This document shows, piece after piece, positions 26,487-36,339 of a DNA stretch of 64,000 nucleotides; within the stretch, counting starts at the first letter, position 1, and each line of letters begins with the position of its first letter. Below the pieces are notes generated by a model that saw only the letters and a list, made by a program, of their open reading frames with translations, was not told where the DNA came from and made no database searches. Made by a program: the position numbers and the translations under genes. This DNA comes from an uncultured Myxococcales bacterium (GTDB lineage: Bacteria; Myxococcota; UBA4151): NCBI GenBank assembly GCA_964013405.1, contig CAXGWI010000001.1, positions 32,001 to 96,000 on the forward strand, written 5' to 3'.

Positions 26487-28285
26487 TGTTCGCCGGCGAG
26501 ACATTTGGCGAGTACCGAATCATGGGCAAGTTGGCCAATGGTGGCATGGCATCGGTCTACCTCGCCAGGCACCTGGCCGACGCGACGGCGACGCCGGTCG
26601 CCCTGAAGGTGATGCTTCCGCACCTCCTTGCGAATCCCGACTACCGAGAAATGTTTACGCGGGAAGAGGCAATGGGTCGCCTCCTGACCCATCCCAACGT
26701 GGTCCGCGTGATCGAGCGGGTTGAGTCGGCCGATGGGCAAGCTCTTGCGATGGAATTTCTCGATGGACGCAATTTAATCCAAATCGTTAGTGCGGCGAGG
26801 CGTCGGTCTCAGGCCATTTCTTTCCCCGTCGTCGCCCGAGTCATCGCTGCCGTGTCAAGGGCCTTGGAGCGCGGCTGGACGGCTGTTGACGCCGAAGGAC
26901 AACCCATTCGAGTCATTCACCGGGACGTCAGTCCGGAAAATGTCCTGCTTACCTACGACGGGCAGGTCAAACTGATCGATTTCGGGATTGCAAAACAGAC
27001 CCATCGCCCAAGCAACACCCGGGCGGGCCAACTCAAAGGCAAATACAGCTACATGAGTCCAGAGCAGGTCCGGGGCGAGACGCTAGACCACCGTAGTGAT
27101 CAGTTCAGCTTGAGCGTCCTACATTACATTCTCCTCACCGGAAGAAAGCCATTTGTCGCCCCCAACGAGGTTGAACTCCTCAAGCTGATTCTTTCAGAAG
27201 ACCCGGTACCACCAAGCCGCATCGATCCCACAGTCCCCGGTGTACTCGAAGAGGTCGCCCTGCGCGGACTCCGAAAGGCGCCGGCTGCCCGTTTCCCCAG
27301 TCATGGCTCCGTCGCCGACGTCCTCGAAGATCGCTACCTGAGCAAATATCCAGCCAAAGAAGCTGATATCGCCCGGCTCATGGAGAGCCTCTTTCCCGCA
27401 GGGAAGGACGCAGTACGACTACGAATCCAGCGCTTGATCGATGCTGAGCAAGAGGCGACGGTCACCGGAATCCGCCCGCCCGTGCCCCCCTTGGAACAGG
27501 TCGAGGACGAATTACTCGAAGACAGTGCCACGATTCTCGAGGGGGCGATTCCGGACCAGCCTACCGCCAACTGGCGGACCAGTTCCAGTTCGGCTCCGCT
27601 GGCCCAAGACCAGACCGAAATCTCGGTCCCCGAAGAGCAGGCGACCGTGCTCACACCCGCTGCTGTTGATGTGATCCCGCCACCGCGACGGCCGGCCACC
27701 CATCACCGGGGTTCTCATCATGTCACCGGCTCCCACTACAACCTCAGCCCCTCTTCATTCTCGCCGGCCACCGCGGGCCTGGCCCTCTTAGCGGTCGCCG
27801 CACTGCTCGCACTCTACTTCTCGTTCTCCGAAGATCGCAGTGAGGTGGCGACGGTGCAGAGTGGCCAAGGTACGCTCATCGTTCGGGCCTCCACCGGACA
27901 GGCCGAGGTCCGAATCAACGCGGAGCTCATCGGCTCGACCCCAATTGAAAAGCAACTGCGAGCGGGACGAGTCAGTGTCCTCTGTAGTTTTCGATCCCGA
28001 GAGGTCGTTCTGAAGAAACGAGTCGACGTCATGGCCGGACAACGAACTGAGACGCTCTGCCAGCTCGGCCACGCTGATTTAGAGGTCAATGGGCCAAAAG
28101 GCTGGCAGGTTCAGGTCGATGACAAACCCCTCCAGTCCCCACCCGTGCGCCTTTCCAAACTTCTCGAGGGAAGCCACCGGATCGAGTGGGTCCGGCAGAC
28201 CGATGGTCACAAGGAGGTACGCCGCTTACGACTGCAAAGGGGCGAGCGAAAAGTCGTTGATGGCTTTGAGGGCTTAGATCGATGA
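26486..28285 (+). CDS. Hanks-type Ser/Thr protein kinase with TM and PEGA-like domains
   Basis: GGMASVY, VALK, HRDVSPEN, DFG, YMSPEQ; TGATG overlap gives start 26486. Confidence 0.93.
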   Translation: MFAGETFGEYRIMGKLANGGMASVYLARHLADATATPVALKVMLPHLLANPDYREMFTREEAMGRLLTHPNVVRVIERVESADGQALAMEFLDGRNLIQIVSAARRRSQAISFPVVARVIAAVSRALERGWTAVDAEGQPIRVIHRDVSPENVLLTYDGQVKLIDFGIAKQTHRPSNTRAGQLKGKYSYMSPEQVRGETLDHRSDQFSLSVLHYILLTGRKPFVAPNEVELLKLILSEDPVPPSRIDPTVPGVLEEVALRGLRKAPAARFPSHGSVADVLEDRYLSKYPAKEADIARLMESLFPAGKDAVRLRIQRLIDAEQEATVTGIRPPVPPLEQVEDELLEDSATILEGAIPDQPTANWRTSSSSAPLAQDQTEISVPEEQATVLTPAAVDVIPPPRRPATHHRGSHHVTGSHYNLSPSSFSPATAGLALLAVAALLALYFSFSEDRSEVATVQSGQGTLIVRASTGQAEVRINAELIGSTPIEKQLRAGRVSVLCSFRSREVVLKKRVDVMAGQRTETLCQLGHADLEVNGPKGWQVQVDDKPLQSPPVRLSKLLEGSHRIEWVRQTDGHKEVRRLRLQRGERKVVDGFEGLDR

Positions 28286-29304
28286 AATCACCGGTTGTGC
28301 TGGGTATTGAGACGAGTTGTGACGAAACCGCTGTCGCACTCTACAGGCGGGGCGAAGTCTTGGCTGAATCGGTCCACTCCCAAGTGGATATTCACCGTTA
28401 TTATGGCGGGGTGGTCCCCGAACTCGCGAGCCGAGATCATGCTGGATACCTCCGCGCTGTTGCAGCCGAAGTCCTCCAGGGCTGGGAGGGTTCGATCGAT
28501 CTCGTGTGCGCCACCCGAGGCCCCGGACTGATCGGTGGCCTTCTCGTGGGGCTGACCTGGGCCCGAGCCTATGCATTTGGTCAAGGCTTGCCCTTTGTGG
28601 GGGTACACCATCTCGCTGGACATCTTGCAGCACCACTGGTCGACCCAGAATTCACGCTGGAGCCACCGGCCATTGCACTGGTTGCCAGTGGCGGGCACAC
28701 GCTCCTGTATGACCTGACGGCCTGGGGTGAAGTGCGGGTACTCGGGGGGACTCGAGATGATGCGGCCGGTGAGTGTTTTGATAAGGCCGCACGCATGCTC
28801 AATCTAGGCTACCCGGGCGGCCCAGCGATTCAGAGCGCAGCGGCGAAGCACGAGGGGCCGGCCGTCAAGCTGCCTCGACCCATGCTGAAGCGGGGGCTCG
28901 AAATGAGCTTCAGCGGCCTGAAGACTGCCTTGCTTACAGAAGTTCAGTCTCGGCCCCAGCCCTTAGACGAGTCCACGGTCAATGAGCTCGCCTATGCGGT
29001 CCAGGACGCCATCGTCGATGTGCTCCTCACCAAACTCCGGAAAGCATTGGAAGTCACGGGAAGAAAGCGCGTGCTGATCGGTGGTGGTGTTGCTGCAAAC
29101 CAACCGCTTCGAGATGGCGTCGCCGCCCTCGAGAACGACGGTTTTGAGGTCTACATTCCGGCCCGGAAGTACTGCACAGACAACGCGGCAATGATCGCAG
29201 CGGCTGGCTTGATTCAGTTCGAACGTACGGGACCAGACCCGCTGAATGCGCCTGCTCAAGCCCGCTGGGACCTGCAGGATTTTTGGCCCCTAACACCGTC
29301 GTAG
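28282..29304 (+). CDS. tsaD: tRNA N6-adenosine threonylcarbamoyltransferase
   Basis: GIETSCDET, GGVVPELASRDH, SGGHT, DDAAGE, TDNAAMIA. Confidence 0.97.
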   Translation: MKSPVVLGIETSCDETAVALYRRGEVLAESVHSQVDIHRYYGGVVPELASRDHAGYLRAVAAEVLQGWEGSIDLVCATRGPGLIGGLLVGLTWARAYAFGQGLPFVGVHHLAGHLAAPLVDPEFTLEPPAIALVASGGHTLLYDLTAWGEVRVLGGTRDDAAGECFDKAARMLNLGYPGGPAIQSAAAKHEGPAVKLPRPMLKRGLEMSFSGLKTALLTEVQSRPQPLDESTVNELAYAVQDAIVDVLLTKLRKALEVTGRKRVLIGGGVAANQPLRDGVAALENDGFEVYIPARKYCTDNAAMIAAAGLIQFERTGPDPLNAPAQARWDLQDFWPLTPS

Positions 29305-29305
29305 T

Positions 29306-31432
29306 TTATTGCAGTTGGTCAAGCCAGTCATCGAGGGTTGGGTCGGGCCGGTTGCCCAACAACCTTTTGGCGACGCCAAGGTGTTTTAAAGCACGCTTTC
29401 GAGCCTTCTGATCATTGTTCTTAAAGGCCTTGAGTTCAAGGTAACCGAGGGCCTTATAGGCGGGAATGAGTTTACCATTGGCCTGAATCGCGCGGCTGTA
29501 AGCTTTCTTCGCCGCCGGCGTATCACCGCCCGTTTCAAGGGCTTCACCCAGTTCATAGTAGGCTAAGGCTTTGTTCTTTTTGCTCGCGCGCATTTTCAGG
29601 GCACGGCGGTAGTTTTTCTCGGCCGCATCGAGATCACCTTGATCTCTTGCCTCCCGAGCCTTGGTCATCGATTTTGCAAAGGGGCCCGTCCCGACACGGC
29701 GCTTCTTGCGCTTCTTGGGCCGCAATCTCCGCTTAGTTTTTACCCCGGCCTTCCGCTTCTTGGCATCGCCCTCCAGTTCCGGACGCTGCAAGGGTTCGAG
29801 GGGGGGGAGTGGCTCCGGGCTGGAGAAGGTGCGGATGATCGGCGCCAACAGGCCGCCCTTCTCACCTTTGATCCGTCGGTTCCGGATAAAAATGGCGGTG
29901 ACCAACAGGCCGAAGAGCGCAACTGCTGCAGCGATCCACCGCCAATCCCAACGCTTCTCAGACGCGACCTCCCGTTCCGAGGTCATCGCCTCTTCGTCGG
30001 CCAAAATCTCATCGCTCGTGCGTAGGCGAGCGAGGCCCTTACGTTCGACCGGCGGGGCTGGTGGCAGTTCCTCAGTGAGCGGCGCCATGTCCCGGGTTTC
30101 AAGAAATTCTGGCACGTCATCGACGCGATCGAAAACCGGTGGGAGTTCATCGATTGCTTCATCATCCGCCTCGATCGGCGGTGGGAGCCCCGACTCCACG
30201 AGATCCCGTTCATCAACGGCCCACGCTCCACTCTCGCCATCAAACCCGGCGGACTCGTCGTCGACCGCTGGCGGCAAACTGAAGAGGAGGGAATCCTCGC
30301 TTGAGTCGCTGAGCAAGGGCTCGATCGGGTCGGTTAAGGCATCGGCATCGTCGTCTTGTAACTCCGGTAGCGACTCCCAGTCTCCCTGACCCGCGCTCTC
30401 AGGCACCTGGGCCATCGCCAAGGACCAGGCCAGATCGGACTCCACCTCCTCCACTTCAGGTTCGGCCGGCGTTGCGAGGACCTCATCCTCGTCCATTTGC
30501 GGTGGCAAGGCAGCTTCGTCGGCAACCGGCGGAATGTCTTCAGCCTCTGGCTCGGGCTGAGCGATGATCAAGATGCCATCTTCAAGCAAGCTGAGAGAGC
30601 CCTCGAGGGCCCGGCGGCCACCGATCAAACGCACCCCTTCAAGGTCTCGCTGACCATCGATCAACCGGAGGATCCAACTGACCTGGTCGCTGAGTAGAGA
30701 GAGACGACTCAAAAGGCGCTCTGGCGCCACATCCAGCGGACCCTTGGGGGCGCCATCGAGCAACTGGGCGACATGCAGTTCGATCGTTTCCGCCTCGGCC
30801 ACCCAAGACTTTAGGTTTTTGCCCTGCCCGGCCTCCGGGTTCTTTCGGGGCTCCAAGTAGGATTCCCCCTGGTCCAGCGCGAGCAGGACAGCAAAGGCCT
30901 CCGGTCCTGTGAGCCCGCTGAGGCGAGTCTGCACCAATCGACCACCTCGCAGATGGATTTCTCCCCGTCCCAGGGGCGCCTCAACCATGTAGATTCCCGT
31001 GGACTCAAGGCGACCTGCAAGCTTCAGGCGCTCCTTGAGTGTTTCTCGGGCGTTGGGCTCCCGCCGACACAACTGCTCCTCGAACCAATCTCGGATCCGC
31101 TCACCCAGTTGAACCGCCGCCGCCGGAAACTGGATCGGGCGTACCAGCACTTTGGCCCCATCAGGGATCTCCTCGCTGACCCCGGGGTCTTGTAGAAAGA
31201 CTGGCGCAACCTCCGCGGCGATGAGCGATTGCGTAGCCCGGTCGCGGTCCTCCAGCGTCCAGCCGGGAATCATCCCTGTGACCAGGACCGCATCCACTCG
31301 GGGGCGCTGTAGAAAAAGTGCCGCTTCATCGGCGTTGTGGATCACTTGGATGTGAAAGCCGGCCTGACGTAACGCCGACTCGACGATACTCCGCTCCAAA
31401 TCGGAGGGCCCGAAGATCGCCAGCGACCACAT
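29306..31432 (-). CDS. Pseudo-receiver + DUF4388-like + acidic linker + TM + TPR protein
   Basis: Degenerate REC N-terminus; GEIHLRGGRLV..G.EAF DUF4388-like segment; TM; basic TPR tail. Confidence 0.72.
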   Translation of the reverse strand: MWSLAIFGPSDLERSIVESALRQAGFHIQVIHNADEAALFLQRPRVDAVLVTGMIPGWTLEDRDRATQSLIAAEVAPVFLQDPGVSEEIPDGAKVLVRPIQFPAAAVQLGERIRDWFEEQLCRREPNARETLKERLKLAGRLESTGIYMVEAPLGRGEIHLRGGRLVQTRLSGLTGPEAFAVLLALDQGESYLEPRKNPEAGQGKNLKSWVAEAETIELHVAQLLDGAPKGPLDVAPERLLSRLSLLSDQVSWILRLIDGQRDLEGVRLIGGRRALEGSLSLLEDGILIIAQPEPEAEDIPPVADEAALPPQMDEDEVLATPAEPEVEEVESDLAWSLAMAQVPESAGQGDWESLPELQDDDADALTDPIEPLLSDSSEDSLLFSLPPAVDDESAGFDGESGAWAVDERDLVESGLPPPIEADDEAIDELPPVFDRVDDVPEFLETRDMAPLTEELPPAPPVERKGLARLRTSDEILADEEAMTSEREVASEKRWDWRWIAAAVALFGLLVTAIFIRNRRIKGEKGGLLAPIIRTFSSPEPLPPLEPLQRPELEGDAKKRKAGVKTKRRLRPKKRKKRRVGTGPFAKSMTKAREARDQGDLDAAEKNYRRALKMRASKKNKALAYYELGEALETGGDTPAAKKAYSRAIQANGKLIPAYKALGYLELKAFKNNDQKARKRALKHLGVAKRLLGNRPDPTLDDWLDQLQ

Positions 31433-31588
31433 CGATCGTCCCCTTTACGCAATGCGCCCTTATGCGCGTGCGGGGAAAACATAAGCGCAGCAAGCGGCGA
31501 GCAAAAAGAAAAATGCCCAGCGGGTTGCAATACAGCGGTCACCTAGCTAGGCGGACAGCGCGGAAAGACTCCGCTGTTGGAGGCGCTC

Positions 31589-32845
31589 ATGGAGTGGGAC
31601 AGCAAACTCTTCTTGGTCACTCGGAACTTGGTGCATCGAACGGCTGCCCGCCTGGATATGGACCCAAACGCCGCCCACCGACTCCTGCAGCCGGATCGGG
31701 CGCTGATCGTCTCGGTGCCGGTCCGGCGAGACGATGGAACTGTCGAGACGTACACCGGTTACCGCGTCCAGCACAACGACACCCGGGGCCCCTTTAAAGG
31801 CGGGCTTCGCTACCACCCAGATGTCGATCTCGGTGAGGTGACTGCCCTGGCGACTTTGATGACCTTTAAGTGTGCTGTCGTTGGCGTCCCCCTCGGCGGC
31901 GCAAAAGGAGGAATCGCTTGTGACCCGAACAAATTCAGTCGGGCTGAATTGCAGCGACTGACAAGGCGGTTCACAACCGAGATCATCAACTTCATCGGAC
32001 CCGATGTTGATATCCCTGCCCCGGATATGGGCACCAGTCCCCAGGTCATGGCTTGGATCATGGATACCTACAGTCAGATGAAGGGCCATACCTGCAATGG
32101 TGTGGTGACGGGCAAACCCATCGAATTGGGTGGGAGTCAGGGGCGACTTCAGGCGACCGGCCGCGGCCTGGTATACTGCGTCGTCGCCGCGGCAAAGCAC
32201 TTGGGGATCGATCTGAAGGAATGCACGGCAAGTATTCAAGGCTACGGCAATGTGGGGCACTGGGCGGGCCGTGAGTTAGAGCGAAACGGCGTCAAGATTC
32301 TCGCACTGAGCGACATGACAGGGGCCATCTACAACCCCAACGGACTCGATCTCAAAGAGACACGAAAGTACGTCCTTAAGCACGGTGGTCTTGCAGGCTA
32401 TCCCAAGGCGGAGCCGATCGATCCCGATGAAATCCTCACCCTCAAAGCGGATATTGTCGTGCCGGCAGCCATCGGTAGTGTGATCGACGCTGAGGTCGCC
32501 AACAAACTCCAGTGCAGAATTCTGGCCGAGGGGGCCAATGGCCCGGTGACGACAGAGGGCAACGAGGTCCTCCTCAAACGACAAGATGAGATTTTTGTGA
32601 TCCCCGACATTCTCGCCAATGCCGGTGGCGTCACGGTCAGCTACTTCGAATGGGTGCAGGGAACGCAAAACTTTTTCTGGAGCGCCAAAGAGGTCAATGA
32701 CCGACTACGGCAGATCATGCAGAAGGCCTTTAAGGAAATCCTGCAGACCCACTTAAATGAAGATATGGACATGCGTACGGCCTCGATGGCCGTCGGGATG
32801 AGAAAAGTCACCGATACGATGAAACTCCGAGGGCTCTTCCCCTAA
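31589..32845 (+). CDS. gdhA: Glu/Leu/Phe/Val dehydrogenase (glutamate dehydrogenase)
   Basis: GPFKGGLRY, GGAKGG, DIPAPD, QGYGNVG, EGANGP, NAGGVTVSYFEW; ATG after GGAGG. Confidence 0.95.
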   Translation: MEWDSKLFLVTRNLVHRTAARLDMDPNAAHRLLQPDRALIVSVPVRRDDGTVETYTGYRVQHNDTRGPFKGGLRYHPDVDLGEVTALATLMTFKCAVVGVPLGGAKGGIACDPNKFSRAELQRLTRRFTTEIINFIGPDVDIPAPDMGTSPQVMAWIMDTYSQMKGHTCNGVVTGKPIELGGSQGRLQATGRGLVYCVVAAAKHLGIDLKECTASIQGYGNVGHWAGRELERNGVKILALSDMTGAIYNPNGLDLKETRKYVLKHGGLAGYPKAEPIDPDEILTLKADIVVPAAIGSVIDAEVANKLQCRILAEGANGPVTTEGNEVLLKRQDEIFVIPDILANAGGVTVSYFEWVQGTQNFFWSAKEVNDRLRQIMQKAFKEILQTHLNEDMDMRTASMAVGMRKVTDTMKLRGLFP

Positions 32846-34047
32846 GGCTTGATTTCTTTGCGGGCCGGCACAACCAATCCAATCGCCGCCCAAAGCAAGC
32901 CCCCTAATGGGAACCTCCATAAAGGACGAACACCCATGTTCGCGGCCAAAAAGTGACGGAATAATTGGGGGCTTCGACTCAATGCGCGAATGGCGAGGCG
33001 TCGTAAAAAGGGCCAGCGCGCCAAAATCAGCGCCGCCCTCAAAGTGGGCAACGTGCTGTGAAAGGTTTCGATGAGCCCTTGCCGTATGGGCTGAAGGGCC
33101 TGCTGGTCGAGTTCACCACAAGTGATGCGCTGGGGAAGCTCATCAGCGAGAAGCATGGCCTGATCAAAGCTCACTGAAAGTCCTTCGCCGGTGATCCCAT
33201 CGCCGTAGCCGAGACTATCCCCAATCAAGAGGACCCGGTCTGGCCAAGGCCCAAGGGCTTGCCAAGCTAAGGGCCCCGTCCCTTGAAACCGTGAGTCGGA
33301 CTCCTTGCCATCCAATCGGCGAGCAAGGCCCGGAAACCGACTCATCAGGGCTTTGAATGGCTCCGGTGACTGAAGTTCCGCCGGCTCATTCGTTTGATCC
33401 CAAAGTAAAGCGATCTCTACACGCCCATCCCCCGATGGCGTGACATAAGCCTCCATCCCCTTCGACCACCAAACTTCCACATCATCGCTCCAACGCGAAC
33501 AGCGGAAGTGCTGCCGGGCACCAAAACGCCGACGCTTAAAGGGTCGACCTGGTCGTAAGCTGAGTTGCTCCAGTAATCCTGTGTTTCGACCGGCGGCAAA
33601 CACGCAGACTTCACCCTCATGGGCCCCTGCCCGGCTCACGACACGTACACCTTCAGCCTGAATCGTAATTGTTTTCACCCGGGCATGGTCGGTCAGTACA
33701 ACGCCGAGTTCACGCGCTCTCTCGTGCAGTGCGCGGCTAAGGGCCTGGCGGCGAACACCCATCCCGAGTCCGGCAGGGAATACCCCTCTTGCGGTCCGGC
33801 CATCATCATCCCAGTAGCGAATCCCTTCGAAGGGCGAACAGTCCTCAGGGCCCAAATAGTCAGTGACCCCAAGAGATTCCAGACAGGCCCAGCCGGTGGG
33901 CATGATGCCCTCGCCGCAAACCCGGTCACGGGGCCAGGTTTTTCCCTCTAAGACCTCGACCGTTAGCCCCTTAAGACGCAAGGCGATCGCTGCGGCCAAA
34001 CCAGCGGGCCCCCCTCCAATCACGAGCACCTGGATCGATGACCCCAT
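32842..34047 (-). CDS. FAD-dependent monooxygenase/oxidoreductase (FtpE/SrsC-like)
   Basis: IGGGPAG, RDRVCGEGI, LIGD..G..ITGEG. Confidence 0.85.
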   Translation of the reverse strand: MGSSIQVLVIGGGPAGLAAAIALRLKGLTVEVLEGKTWPRDRVCGEGIMPTGWACLESLGVTDYLGPEDCSPFEGIRYWDDDGRTARGVFPAGLGMGVRRQALSRALHERARELGVVLTDHARVKTITIQAEGVRVVSRAGAHEGEVCVFAAGRNTGLLEQLSLRPGRPFKRRRFGARQHFRCSRWSDDVEVWWSKGMEAYVTPSGDGRVEIALLWDQTNEPAELQSPEPFKALMSRFPGLARRLDGKESDSRFQGTGPLAWQALGPWPDRVLLIGDSLGYGDGITGEGLSVSFDQAMLLADELPQRITCGELDQQALQPIRQGLIETFHSTLPTLRAALILARWPFLRRLAIRALSRSPQLFRHFLAANMGVRPLWRFPLGGLLWAAIGLVVPARKEIKP

Positions 34048-34049
34048 GC

Positions 34050-35783
34050 TCAGGACGCTGCCCGTGGGAGCCACCGTGCCATCCAGCCCTTGGCGAATTC
34101 CGTCGCAATACCCAATGCCGTCATCTTCTTTGGAGGCAGTAAGAGCCCCTGCAGTAACCGACGGCGAGCTTCACTGCGACGGATCTTCCCCGACGACGTC
34201 CGGGGCAAGGTACCGGGTGCCAATATCAGCACACCCGCTACCGTCAGTCCGGAATGCTCCTGAACGGCTTCTCGACAGATCTGAATGAGTCCTTCGTCCT
34301 CGCTATTGTGTGACTCGGCGAGCAAATAAAGTGCTTCAGTATCGCCGGTTTCGACGGGCAAAGAGACTGCTGCCCAACAGCCAGTCCGGAGCCCTTCCAC
34401 CCCATCCAGGCCTTGTTCGATAACGCTGGGATCGTAATTCCGCCCCCGCAAGATAATCACGTCCTTCGCCCGCCCACACAAAAAGAGGTCACCCGCCAAC
34501 ACAAAGCCACGATCCCCTGTATCGAGCCAGTCATCCTGCAAGACGGCAGTGGTCTCCTCAGGCTGATCCAAGTAGCCAGCCATCACGCCATCCCCCCGAA
34601 CCCAGACCTGGCCCACCTGAGCTTCGGGCACACATGCGCCGGAAGGGTCACGAATCTCGACCTCAGTCCCAGCAAGAGGACGCCCCAGTGAACTCAGCGG
34701 CAGCCCTTCCTCGGCCAACTGAGCCTGACCGTCTTCTTCCAGGCTGGCCGGATCCACATGAATGATTCGTCGCTCCACTTCGATCGGGGCGAAAGTCACA
34801 CCTAGCGTCGCTTCGGCCAATCCGTAAACGGGGGTCAGGGCGCTCGACTGGAAACCCACCGGGCCAAATCGAGCACAGAATCGGTCCAGGGTTTTTGGAT
34901 GAACCGGCTCGGCACCACAAAGGGCCACCGTCCAAGAGCTCAAATCCAAGCCCTCTAAGTCTTCGTCGCCAATCCGCTCAGCACAGAGACCGAACGCAAA
35001 ATTCGGCGCCACCGAGATGGTCGCCCGAGACTCAGTCAGGGCTTCGAGCCAACCGACCGGACGGGCGATAAACCGCTCTGGATTGATTAAGGTCAGCGGC
35101 CCTTTTGCCATAATGGCGGTGAGCAGGCAGCCGATCAAACCCATATCATGATAGAGCGGCAACCAACTGACCCCAGAGTGGTTTGAGGGGTCGCCCGGAA
35201 AGGTTGACATGATGGCTTGGCAGTTTCGGATCATGTTGTTGTGGGTCAGTGCAACCGGCTTAGGGCGCCCCGTCGACCCTGAACTAAATTGAACTGCGGC
35301 AAGAACTTCAGGGCCCTCACTACACCGGTAAACCTCCTCGGATCTCCGGCACCAATCAACGGTTTGGACACCGTGGGGGACACCGGCGCGCTGACCCGGA
35401 ACACTCACCAATGGAAGCAAGCGGCGATCGGACAAGACGATCTGAACCCGAGCTTCCCGCATCATCTGCGCCGTCCGCTCCTTCCATTCGTCAATGCGTC
35501 CAAGACGAACTGGCGGGTACATAGCGCAGGGCACCGCACCGGCTAGAACAGCGCCGAAGAACCCGTGATAAAAGTCGGGCCCAGTGGGCAATACCAGGCC
35601 AACTCGATCCCCAGGCTGAAGCCCTAAAGAGACCAGTGTTCCCGCCACGCGAGCAGCCTGAGTGGCTAGCTCGCCATAGGTGAACTTCTGGTGACGCCCG
35701 AGTCCCGACCAGAAGGTGACCCCGAGACCCTCGTGCTCAGCTGCTTTCAAAAACGCAGCACCAAGGGTGTGATCTATCGTCAT
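34050..35783 (-). CDS. Fatty acyl-AMP ligase (FtpD-like)
   Basis: QFSSGSTGRPK, WLPLYHDMGLIG, YGLAEAT, LPRTSSGK. Confidence 0.92.
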   Translation of the reverse strand: MTIDHTLGAAFLKAAEHEGLGVTFWSGLGRHQKFTYGELATQAARVAGTLVSLGLQPGDRVGLVLPTGPDFYHGFFGAVLAGAVPCAMYPPVRLGRIDEWKERTAQMMREARVQIVLSDRRLLPLVSVPGQRAGVPHGVQTVDWCRRSEEVYRCSEGPEVLAAVQFSSGSTGRPKPVALTHNNMIRNCQAIMSTFPGDPSNHSGVSWLPLYHDMGLIGCLLTAIMAKGPLTLINPERFIARPVGWLEALTESRATISVAPNFAFGLCAERIGDEDLEGLDLSSWTVALCGAEPVHPKTLDRFCARFGPVGFQSSALTPVYGLAEATLGVTFAPIEVERRIIHVDPASLEEDGQAQLAEEGLPLSSLGRPLAGTEVEIRDPSGACVPEAQVGQVWVRGDGVMAGYLDQPEETTAVLQDDWLDTGDRGFVLAGDLFLCGRAKDVIILRGRNYDPSVIEQGLDGVEGLRTGCWAAVSLPVETGDTEALYLLAESHNSEDEGLIQICREAVQEHSGLTVAGVLILAPGTLPRTSSGKIRRSEARRRLLQGLLLPPKKMTALGIATEFAKGWMARWLPRAAS

Positions 35784-35892
35784 AGAGCCTCCCTCAGATT
35801 CAGGTCACCAAGGACGGGATCATCACTTTGCCCATCGACCGCAACAACTCTTGCAGGCTCCATTAAGCCAACCCACTCCGTATCCACAGAAG

Positions 35893-35952
35893 AAAGTAAT
35901 CAATATGGTCGTTATTGTCACCAAAATTCGACCAAATCGAACACTTGTTCAT
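35893..35952 (-). promoter_or_regulatory. Internal sigma70-like promoter for FAAL/monooxygenase, with upstream palindromes including a GAAC-N4-GTTC box
   Basis: Minus strand GTGACA-17 bp-TACTTT (35921-35893); TTCGA-N5-TCGAA (35927-35941); GAAC-ACTT-GTTC (35939-35950). Confidence 0.5.
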
Positions 35953-36057
35953 TTGAGACCCAAAGAGCAACGAGCACGTCGGATGGACGACGACTGGCTG
36001 GGTTTCCGCAGGTCGCTCACCCACGTCCGCTCGCCCTAGAATGAGTGCTCATGCTTC

Positions 36058-36339
36058 TCAGGCCAACGAGTCGAGGGCCTGGGCCACCAGTTCTGCGACT
36101 TCACGCAGCGTTTCAGGCGGCTGATCCGGTGGTTCGTTCAAGAAGACTTGGAAGTGATTTTCCACCTCAAGGGCGAAGTTGAGCAGGCCCATACTATCGA
36201 GACCGAGATCAGCTTGGAGGCGTGTTGACGGTGCCCAGTCTCCTGGAAGTTCGCAGTGATCCCGCAGGATCATGACCAGGTCTGAATGGATTTCGGCGAG
36301 GCGCTCAGGGGATGAACCGCCCCCTGTTTTCAAAGGCAT
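36058..36339 (-). CDS. Acyl carrier protein (FtpC-like)
   Basis: DLGLDSM phosphopantetheine Ser; ATG at 36339 after AGGAGG. Confidence 0.88.
   Translation of the reverse strand: MPLKTGGGSSPERLAEIHSDLVMILRDHCELPGDWAPSTRLQADLGLDSMGLLNFALEVENHFQVFLNEPPDQPPETLREVAELVAQALDSLA

Noticed and set aside
35851..36039. Small + strand ORF, and a hydrophobic antisense frame, in the ACP-FAAL spacer
   Set aside because: Opposes the operon, has a weak RBS and overlaps promoter elements; the antisense frame is interrupted by TGA and has no good start
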